Positions 54,401 through 64,000 of a DNA stretch of 64,000 nucleotides are shown here, piece by piece; position 1 is the stretch's first letter; every line of letters begins with the position of its first letter. Made by a program: the position numbers and the translations under genes. Under the pieces are notes generated by a model. That model ran no database searches. It was not told where the DNA came from and saw nothing but the letters and a program-made list of their open reading frames with translations. This DNA comes from Tubulanus polymorphus (taxonomy: Eukaryota; Animalia; Nemertea): contig NC_134025.1 of NCBI RefSeq assembly GCF_964204645.1, forward strand, positions 11,966,001-12,030,000. Reading direction: 5' to 3'.

Positions 54401-55542
54401 AGATAAAATCAATAACACAGCTACTCTCATACACACACACGCACGCACGCGCGCGCTAGTAAGCGCTGTTTATCGCCTGACTCACGTACACAGTATATAG
54501 CCACGCACTCATCCACCGCGGGCGTGCATATAAATTCCCCACCTATTCAATTCTGTTCTACCAAATCACTATATTGTGTTACAACGCGCTGGCGGGTGGA
54601 AAATCGGACATCGCCGAAAAAGAAAAAAAAAGTCGGAATTTTGTATACCCGATCGTATCGTCGGAATTTCTTCACGCAAATCGGGAGGATTCCGAATAAT
54701 TCGGGAGGGTTGGCAGCCCTGAATATAGACTAGCGTCACTTTCTTGAGGTATTACAAATACTGCGAGTCAAAAATTATATTTTCAACTTATGTTGGAAAA
54801 ATCTTGAACTTTCTTCCAGTTTCTCTAATAATCAGGGGCGGATCTAGGATTTTCCATGAGGAGTGTGGCCAATGAGAAAAAAGGGCACTTTTTACGAAAC
54901 ATCACGCACTCCGGATACTTCTACAACATTTCAGGGGGTGCTTTCGGTCATTTCATGCGTTGAAAAAATTATCATAGGTGGAAAACCTTGGTCCAAAACA
55001 TTTTGGGGTGACATTTTTAAGGGCACTTCAAATTTGAGGGGGGTCCAAACACCCTGACATCCCCCTAGATCCGCCCCTGTAATACTTACCGGTGATATAT
55101 TTTGCATCTAAAGAAGCTTTGCCGTTAATGAGCGCTTGTAGAATTTCGATATTCCCCGTAGTTGCCGCTGTATAAAGAGGTAGTCTACCGCGACTATCCC
55201 GCTGTTCAGTGCATGCACCGTACTCGAGAAGCAATTCAACTAGAGCCAAATTCCCGAATTCGACTGCAAGACCTGGAATGGAAAGCCACAACAAGCTGCT
55301 CATGGGTTTTCGATACGACCATCTAAAATATTGTGGAACCCATGTTGTTATGAAAGCGGCCGTCTCAATGAATTACAACGAAATAGATGACTATTTACAT
55401 ATTACATACTCAGTAATGGTTTTGATCTCGACCCAGTAAAATTGTTTCGAATAAAATCCGGATTGAATACAACCAATGACTTCAATCCTTGGACATCTTG
55501 CTGCTGAAACAGTTGTAGGAAATCGACTACTTTCTCTTCCAT
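48428..55542 (-). CDS. Ankyrin repeat and SOCS box protein (ASB family), complete, 425 aa
   Basis: Exons 55410-55542 (MEEKVVDF...), 55090-55272, 49550-49701 and 48428-49237; phases 1/1/0 are consistent, 1278 nt in total. Ankyrin repeats (GRLPLYTAA, GETALHLAA, GITPLHIAA, GVTALHVAC) and C-terminal SOCS box PLSLLNSCRRMIR...IHRLPLPEILKKFLL. Confidence 0.9.
50549..51268 (-). mobile_element. Putative 3' LTR of the Gypsy element
   Basis: On the minus strand the polypurine tract GGGGAGAGGGAA (51271-51282) is followed within 2 nt by TGTTG. The proposed end is ...GGCGTTCACA at 50549. Contains a roughly 100-bp direct duplication (50730-50830 / 50903-51005). Confidence 0.6.
51358..54150 (-). mobile_element. 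Ty3/Gypsy pol, 5'-truncated: RT thumb, RNase H, integrase and low-complexity tail, reading frame intact
   Basis: LKLKPSKCEF..YLGH, VRQFLGFSGYYRRFI, FELHTDAAHDGLGAIL, YPAHKLEFLALKWA, HDRLGHPG...CKRC (HHCC), LCIDF, LHSDQGPAFES, PYHPAGNGAVERFN (DDE). Lacks gag, protease and the RT YxDD motif. Confidence 0.95.
54833..55079. mobile_element. hAT-like MITE a few bases from an ASB splice donor
   Basis: CAGGGGCGGATCTAGG ... CCTAGATCCGCCCCTG, flanks TAATAAT/TAATACT. Confidence 0.75.
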
Positions 55543-56545
55543 TTATACTGGCACAACTATGATAGTGTAACAGCTCCTGAGTGAAGTGAATAGATAGGAG
55601 TTTCTGCAGTACCACGGCAACCTTCAGACGGAATACCAGAAACAAGAGTATTAATGTGTGTAAAAATAACAAAGCCTACATGGCACCGAATCGCGACGAA
55701 AAATGTTTCCATGTCCGGTGCCCCAAAGATATTTTTTGAAGATACTTTTGATTAACGCAAAATCACCGAAAAAAAATCATTTTACACAAACTTCATTGAG
55801 TTGTGTATCTATTGATATTCATCAAATTAAAATAAATGATCTCTATACCCCATTACTTAAATCCGCCTAGTTTCACTATTAAATTCATCAGTTTGGCGCA
55901 CAAAATCGTCGTTGCACCAATGGTCATCTCAAAGGAATTGTAACTTTTGTCCAATTAAGTTTTACTCATTCAATTAAAATCAACGCAGTCAAACTGTTTA
56001 AGTCAGGAACAGTCGTTTTCTGTCAAAATAGCGCCTGTATAAAAACTACAGTACTCAAAGCAGAAGACCGCAGGAAATAGCTAGCGCCGGAATACATTGC
56101 TCGTGAAATTTAACCAACGTAACGAAAAAAACTTTATGCCATTTATATATATCCAATAGAATCCGTTTAAGTGGGACATTTCATTTAATGGATTTTGGCA
56201 TAGAACTATAACATAGAACTATTTATTCTATTTGGGGACGACCCACAATGGCACACGCAGGAGCAAACTCACCGAGGTCAAACAATCTTATAGCCTATGA
56301 ATTGAAAGATTTGAAATAACGTCAAAACATGTGAATTTACATAAAAAGTTTTATAAATAAACGTTTCTATTTAAAATACGTAAATCAATTTGTAATTGGT
56401 AGATAATATGCTGAAAATATGATATTAGCTGCATCCAGCTGCACCCATGCGCCACCTATCGTAGTGTCAGATGAGTTGAGCAAGTTGATGATGGCAGCAC
56501 AGGTTAGAGCGGTGCAATGTCTACTCGACAGTTCATCAGAGTAGA

Positions 56546-57898
56546 ATGAGACGGAACACACGCGTTTTTGTGGCGTTTGCTGCTGTTTGGATCCTCGGTA
56601 TTGTGTATTACATGTACAAAGTTAATAACAACCAGGTAATACTTACTTGTTTGATCGAATCATCGAGAGTATTTGCGTAATATGGTAAAACTCGGTCGCT
56701 GTTGTCTCTGCCTATAACCTCACTTGCCAAAGCAGAGGGCATCGTCGTAGGCCCTCGACAATGACAGTAATGTCTAATGATAGTTTAAATTACCAAATTG
56801 CAATTGTTTTGCAAATCAAAAGTCAAGACACTGACCATACTGGTCTAACTGCGGTTTGGGTCACCTTTCCCTGTGTGGCGCTAGTGTTATTAAAGAATGA
56901 ATAGTGTTATGGTTAGGTTAGCCTTAGGTACGTACATAACCAGAAGGGACCTAAACTACAGTCGCTCCACAATCCTTAGTGTCTGTGCTACGAGCAATTA
57001 TCTCAACTGCTCGTAGGTCTGTGGTACATCAGACATTAGGTCAAAGTTCCTGGTCAGGTGTAAAAATTGGGGGGGGGGTGGCAGTTTCGAGACAATTTTA
57101 TCTCAAAATTTTGGTTTGGTTGCTTCTTCGTATTTTCATTGATGACATTAACTCGACATGACTGTTTTAACTGAACCCACTAACAGTAGGCCCAACCTAT
57201 TCAGAAGAGTTCACTCAAATATTTTAGCTGGCCTGTAGGCCCTAGGCTAACTTCAAATTGAGCTTACACCAGTAGTAGAATTGTGCCGTCAGAATCAACC
57301 ATCGTTTTTATAGGCCTATTATCTGCATTAAGCCTACACCTCAAGTAAAAGAAGATTTTTGCCAATCTTTCAATACAGTATAAGGATATAAAAACAGTGG
57401 CACAGAAGAATTCTACTCATCATGTTGAGACCAATTTGATTGACCTGCTAAAAAATTTAAGCAAAATATCCTAAAAGTGGGTTACTAAGTTGTAATGAAA
57501 TAGGCCTGTAGGTCATTGTCCTACGAAACAAAAAAAATGGATATTTTGCCATCTTAAAGTGAAATCCTCAATGGTTGAATGAAGGGCTGAATTTCTGTTT
57601 ATTATTCGGTATTTTTTCTTTAGGGAAACAATACAAATGAAGCGCTGCGATTGAAGCCGAATGTCATAAAGGATGCCGTAAAAAGAAGCACTGACTTGAA
57701 ATTTGGCACAGGTACGACGTCAGGTGTCAAGTTCGATGATGGTGAACAAGTATCGTGGCAGTATTTCGACGAAAAGGAGTACATCGCCAAAACTGAGGTG
57801 AAACCGGGAGAGGATGCTTACACGAAGAATAAATTCAATCAGGCTGCAAGCGATGCGATTAAATCAAACAGACCTATACCAGATACACGACATCCGAG
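56546..57898 (+). CDS. GALNT2: Polypeptide N-acetylgalactosaminyltransferase 2, first two coding exons; gene continues beyond the window
   Basis: Exon 56546-56635 MRRNTRVFVAFAAVWILGIVYYMYKVNNNQ (type II signal anchor like GALNT2 MRRRSR..WVLGIAYYMY). Exon 57624-57898 ...WQYFDEKEYI..VKPGEDAYTKNKFNQAASDAIKSNRPIPDTRHP. No catalytic-domain exon found before 64000. Confidence 0.88.
56841..56968 (+). mobile_element. Small subterminal-IR element (Helentron-associated/HINE-like)
   Basis: ACTGCGGTTTGGGTCAC ... GGGACCTAAACTACAGT with a GGTTAGGTTAG tract. A related partial copy in reverse orientation at about 46935-47015 abuts the palindrome. Confidence 0.45.
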
Positions 57899-60077
57899 GT
57901 AAGCTAATGTGATTTGATTGTTCCAATCATTTCATCTAGATCAGGACTTTTTAAAAGATCAAATGTAGCCTATAATAGCTTAATATATAGGCCTGATAAT
58001 TATCCTTGGGATGTTTTAGCTGTACTACTGAGTGATGGATTAGGCCTACTAAAGTGATTGAAAATTGTAAATTTGAAGGAATTTTCAAATTGTTTAGTTC
58101 ATCTGACACCCTTGTAGATGGCGCTGATGATAGCATAATAGGGGCTACAGCTAAATTCAAGCCAGTGCGAACTTCTAGTTTCATGTTGATATTCATGGTA
58201 TTCAAAGTTTTAGTAACCCCCATTTATCTTATATGACCTGCTTGCGCATAGTACATACATCATGATGCGATAAATGTCTGGAAAACTCAAACTGATGCTG
58301 TTCAAGTCTGGTCTTTGTAGTTGTTGTGTTTACCTTGTCGGCTACTGCACTTCTGCGCCGATAAAAGGTAAAAAATTGTGTCGTATCTTGATTATGTTTG
58401 AATGATTACAGTTGTGATGAAAATAATGATAACACCAATCCTTTCATTGCGTCTTCACCGTAGTGCAGTGTATAAATCGGTGATTGACTTTGCTAGTACA
58501 TCGCACTGCGTGTATTGAAGTAATTTGTATATGGACTAACTCTAATGAAAGATTGCAGCACTGGAACTGGAATTTTTCAAAAATGTTCAAATTATCTCCC
58601 GCACTTTAGGGTACTAATTAGTCGGCCCCCCGAAGAGGTTGATCATGAATTCATTCGGCATCGAGTTGGAAAAAAGCAATAAAACTTACGCTGATAATGT
58701 GTGTACAATGCACGTTGTATTTACCGTAGGCCTATAACCCGTATAATGTCATAGCAAGTCAATTCACAGTTATTAATTTTTCAAAGCCACTGGTAATCTA
58801 TTGAATCATACTTAGTAAGAATTTTGATGAATAGGCTATACTTGATCTTTAAGTAGAAAGGAAAAGATGGTAGAAGGGGATGTCCAGTGAATTAAGGAAG
58901 AAGGGTCCATAGATAGGCTTATACGTACCAGCATATTGTGTCTGAAAGTGTGTCCAACCTAGATGCATCTGCCTGCAACCCAAAAATTGTCCCATTTGGA
59001 ATCAAGATGGCATATAAGTATATATTCATTATTTGTTAACGTAATAACAATCAATAGAAAATTTATGTGCCTATGATTCTGTGTTGTGTGTTATGTTTCT
59101 GTGATCGTGGTGATTTGCATGGACCTTTCATCAGGGAATGGAGAAATTACGTAGTGTTTTCATCTACATGGGGATCATATCACATTTTGTTACCGCATAC
59201 AATTGCGAAATGCAAAATTCTCTGAGGCCTGTAAATCCTTTTATTGTTAGGATCAACTGTGTTGATCCTTATAGAATGGGTCTGAGAGTAATTTTCTGTC
59301 AACTCTTGGTGGCACAATATGTAACCACTGGATGTAAACAGCTGATATTTTGTCATATGGGGGAAATAGGTGGTGGAATTGAATATGGCAAGCTTCGTCC
59401 ATCAGCTCTAAACCATGTGCAAAATTTCAATGAATTTTTCCGCCATTCTACTAATCGATGCTTGACCTAGTTTCATGACGTCACAGAGATAGCCCTTCAC
59501 AAGGGCATCACTTGGAAATCCCTCTAGAAGGGCTTTCTCAGTGACATTATCAAGATCTGTTTTCTACCATGTACTTGTGGGCGTACTCTTTTATGACCTC
59601 CAAAGTCTCCTTCCGAAATCTCCGGTTGGCTCCACACAAAATCCGAATCACAACACCTCAACAGAAAGGAAGTTTCGGAGACTCCAAAAAGCCACGTGAC
59701 CAATTAAAGAGTATGATTGGAGGCAAATGGATTCTCCGATCTGATAAAAGAGTTCGCCCTGTGACTCATAGGGAAAACCCATTACCACGTACATCATCAA
59801 AGTTGAACATGCTTGCTACAGAGTGTACCATGATTTCATCTTGATCAGCTGTTCGTTATTGCAAATCCAAGAACAGATCGATTTTTGTGCTCAAAACTAA
59901 AATGTACTCAGTTGATCCTACTGGACCCATTGAAACGAATAGACTTAAACTGTGTTTTCGTCCGATTCCACAATCAGCCGAAAGGTTGTACTTTCGTGCT
60001 GGTCGACCAGTTGATACCGTGCGAATGTTGTAGAGAGATTATTAAAGAGGTGTGCTCTACTATCGGAAGCGATCCTT

Positions 60078-60544
60078 TGTCGAACGTCTCTTAAAATCCG
60101 AATCCAGACGAGGAGAATACTAACTAGTATATTTTCGATGATCTGATGTGAATATTATTTATTGATGTATGTCAAAGCTCGCGACTCGCAGGTCGGCCTT
60201 TTCGTTATAGTATCTGGAGCTCACGACTCACAGGTCGGCCCTGTTCTGATCTGATCTATCCTGAACTCAACTGCTGAACTGAACTGGACTTTCTGAACTA
60301 TCCCAAAAATGTTAATTAGATATTTATAAGTGATGACTAGAGTTGACATAAGCGTAAAACTGACATGTGAGAGAGTGCTAAACTTACAATATACTATTCA
60401 GAACTATGATGATATTAATTATCTTTCTCCAAAGTTGGTAATTACTAAATCAATAGAGTATCTACTACAATTATAATTTTACTAATAATCATAAGATATA
60501 CATCTGACATTGAAACTATAGTGTAAAATCCTCATTTCATAACA
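60078..60544 (-). mobile_element. Possible solo LTR
   Basis: Minus strand TGTTATG ... TCGACA, internal AATAAA, duplicated GGCCGACCTG(T/C)GAGTCG(T/C)GAGCT motif, flanks CCTT/CCAT (imperfect 4-bp TSD). Confidence 0.4.
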
Positions 60545-63500
60545 CCATGGTCCTTTATTTGTCATATTTTGTTGATATTTGAGATTGGTAGTACTTCAAC
60601 ATATCAAATAGATTTAGTTCATTGTTATGCAATTGGTGACCAGCATCTTGGTCCTCGGTCATAGATGGAAATCTTGGGTATTGGCACATCATCCTCCCTC
60701 GGCAGGGGTCTGAACCTGATTTCTGATTGGCGTCATCTCAGCTTTGTATGTAGCTGCGTACTCACACCTGATCAAGCAGGGTTTCATTTCACCAAGAACC
60801 TTAGTGTCTGATGTACCACAGACACTAAGACACGAACGACATTTTCTCGATACTCTTAAATCACTGTGACTTTAAACCACCAGAAATCCAGTTTCACTCA
60901 ACCGATTGTGAAAAATAAACTCTCTTTACAAACACTCAAACATTCAGATTTCTTATTATTATATTCATTTGGAGGTTTCTTCATCATAGTCCGTGCTTGA
61001 TGCGATTTAAATACAGAAATAGCAAAAATGACACCATTTTTTCACTTTGAAACTAGGCATTGTAACACTGTTGTTCGTTAGCAACAAGACACTTGAGCGA
61101 TGCGTGTCTCATCGCTAAATAGCGCATCATTTTTGTATCTTACATTTAATCGTACTAAAATTGGCTTTATCCTCAAACAAATATAATGAACAAACACAAA
61201 ACGTCATAAGGTTAGTGTAGATAGTTTATTTATCAAAATCGGTTGTTTATTTGCTGAGATATCGCAGTTTGAACACAGGCAAAAATGCCGACAGTAGTTC
61301 TGTCGGCAAAAGTCACGCGAATTTGAATGAACGTGTCTGGGTGGGTGGTTACACAGGATCGTAGAGCAACGTAGATGGAGACTGCCACTGCCAGGACTGG
61401 GTGAAGGTTTCATACGGTGGCAGTCTCGACGTATCGGCCCCACTCCGCGTGGTTGCGCCACCGCGCGGTATTTACGCGAAGCAGCAGAACACAAACATGG
61501 CCACTCTCTCAATTTTCAATGATAGAAATCGTGTGTGCATTTCGATTATTTCGGCTGTTAGGGTTTAAAGGCACAATATACGTTGATGATGTGATATGGC
61601 GATGTTAATTAATGATAATTCCGCAGTGAAGCAAGCCACGAACGGTGCCGATTGAGTGTACAGCTGCCAAAAACACTGAAATGTGCGTAGTTGCGTAACT
61701 ATTTGCAGTGAATTGCACGACGAAACATGAAGCCTTAACGGCCGTTTAAAAAAAAATCATACCAATCGCAATTGTAAAATAAAAATGAGATAGAACCTTA
61801 GTTAAAATTCTGGCCATTTCTAAAATGTTATTACCAATTTTTAGTCAGTGCGGAATGTTTAGTTTTCCAACAATAATGAGGGGTGGTAGGTAGACATGCA
61901 ATTCAAGTCATCATTTATTACACGTTACTTCCGTGTTGTTGAAAATCTCGCGAGTCCTGGACCAAACCCCAATGAACAATGTGATCTGTGTGCTGGCCAC
62001 AAATGCACACAGATCACACTACACTACCCATTACACATTCCAGTACCCACAGCTTTCATATATCCATCCAAATATTTCTGTCTTTCTTCCTGGATGCCAT
62101 CAGGTCCAGATCCCTTTTGAGGGAGGATGCGGAAGCTGACATGGGATTGAGACTTCCCAGTTATCTTGCTCTCTGCCCTATGCGACCGAAACCCTATTGA
62201 ACTAATTTTGACTGAGCCACTGATTGTCTCACAATCTGGTACATGTAATAGCTGTTTTTTGTTTGCATGTTTCGATTGTTGTCGACTGGGACTGGGATTT
62301 TTTCCTGTAAATAATTGGCTTTTTGGTGGAAACAACGGAAAATTGTATTCTTTTGAAATTCACATAGGCCTATTACACAAGCCTGCAAAAACATTGACTG
62401 GATTGGAAAGTCACGAATGATAGTTTTTATGACAAAATATATATCTTTTCTGATCGGTTGTTAAAAACCTAGAGCAACAGGTGGTATTAATATCATGTAG
62501 CAATAGTATTTTCTATCAATCACACCAAAATAAGGTGGCAGTGGGTACCATTTGGAATTTTAAAACCAATGAATATTGCTGTGAGCTACGTCTTGCTATA
62601 ATTTCTGCATGGATACAATTTTTTGTAAAATTTTCTTCTCATTGCAATGAATATTGAATGTTACAGAAAAAAATTTCTGCGACTTTCCTTAAAAATTGTT
62701 TTCTGGTTTGGAAAGCCGTAAGATTTTCTGAGGAGTAATGGTGACACTACTTAATGAAATTCCTGTCTGCTAATACGTTAACCCTTGGTCACTTGGTAAA
62801 ACATACCGGTAGTCTATTAAAAAAATTGACAAAAAAATATTACCTATAGTAAATATAATAACAAAATTTCCAATGTATTAAATTAGGCAACTAACAAAAT
62901 TAACCCTTGCTGGTTCAGGCTGGTTGGAAGATAGTTTGATATTTCCAATGTACTTCGATTTAAACTCTGTAAACTCGACCACCGATCACACAACTATAAC
63001 TGTACTTTCCGAATCCAAAATCAAACTCCTTGTTTTGTTCCCAGCCTTCCTCCCTCGCAGGGTCTGCCAAACTAGACCAGGTGCACAGGTACACGCGTAG
63101 CCTTACCGCACAAAAAATGGTTGCGGCACTAATCAGATTGCTCGTTGTATAATCGCTGAGGCAAATTTCATGGAAAAACTATAAATGGAAAAACCCGGGC
63201 TAAAATAAAACAGGATATCTGATTGCCTAATTATGACATCATCTGGGCTGCGCACTTGGTCTAGTGCAACAGGGTGGTCTAGTACCCGTGGCAAGCTCGA
63301 TGCCATCAGGTTCAAATCCCTGCTGAGGGAGGATGGTTCCCAGCAGGTGTGGTGGGTTTGTAAGGTACATCAAATCAATGAAATAGTTGTAAAGCAACGA
63401 TTATGGGCTTTCTGCATTGCTGGTTATCAGGACGGAGTCAGCTATACTCTGGTGAGGGTTTGGTATCTGGTTGAAATGTTACGTGGATGGCGTAATGGCG

Positions 63501-63779
63501 GTACACAAAAGCCACGTTCACACCATAGGGCTGGTTAGTCATTACCTGGACCCAATAGATTCTGTGCATTCTTCCCGCAAGTTTTTAAATGAGCTGTGAG
63601 AATCGTTCCAGATAGCTGTAGGTCTAACTGATGTGATTGACAGACGATTATTTAAAACATATACTATTCACACATGGAGAAATGGTCCGCTCTAGAATTT
63701 AGAACATACTTTTTCATCGGTCTGAATTAGTGCTTTCTAAACCATTTTAACACAGGCTTTTGGTTAGTATGAATTGAAA

Positions 63780-64000
63780 TTGGCGCAGTGCAGTGTATAA
63801 ATCACTGATGGATTTTGCTATTACACCGCATTGCGGTGTATTGATGTAATTAGTAATTATCTCTCTTGAAAGATGGCAGTACCTGTCAAACATAGTGAAA
63901 TATCAGTAAGTATCGATACACTGCGCCGCGGTGTAGACGCACTATTGTGGTATTCCCTTTAATCAACACACTAGGGTCGAATTATTCAAAATTTTCAAAT
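63780..64000. mobile_element. Partial copy of the 1692-1979 piggyBac MITE
   Basis: GTGTATAAATCACTGATGGATTTTGCTA..ACACCGCATTGCGGTGTATTGATGTAATTAG aligns with 1720-1940. A third copy is at about 58437-58640. Confidence 0.8.

Larger units (their letters stand above)
50034..54721. mobile_element. hAT-like TIR element with 6-bp TSD enclosing a Gypsy fragment, in ASB intron 2
   Basis: AATATA|CAGGGCTGCCAACC ... GGTTGGCAGCCCTG|AATATA. Subterminal TAGGAAT repeats on the left and TCGGAAT/TCGGGAG repeats on the right. Confidence 0.85.

Noticed and set aside
61200-63540. Short ORFs in the GALNT2 intron as nested genes or the next GALNT2 exon
   Set aside because: No recognisable domain, and the expected LPxTSVIIxFHNE peptide was not found in any frame I read.

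Overview
AT-rich, intron-containing animal (probably marine invertebrate/lophotrochozoan-type) genomic DNA, not prokaryotic. I reconstructed the spliced genes by hand from GT-AG junctions: CFAP61 (minus, 5' part, continues off the left edge); an intronless 485-aa coiled-coil + beta-rich ORF divergent from it; a broken class-A GPCR; complete WDR25 (plus); a TJAP1/BEGAIN-family gene (minus); a complete ankyrin-repeat/SOCS-box (ASB-type) gene (minus); and the first two coding exons of GALNT2 (plus). Introns and spacers are full of transposon relics: EnSpm/CMC-like, piggyBac, Harbinger, Tc1/pogo and hAT-like MITEs, L2/CR1/RTE LINE tails, and a Gypsy pol. The most unusual structures are: (i) a hAT-like element with a 6-bp TSD carrying an intact Gypsy RNase H-integrase ORF plus a single LTR; (ii) a 202-bp-arm near-perfect palindrome whose loop is re-copied outside the arm; (iii) a Penelope-type hammerhead core; (iv) a displaced copy of a CFAP61 exon plus acceptor; and (v) a three-level nested insertion. 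I cannot show that any of these is a new biological system. All family assignments rest on recalled motifs, not database searches.
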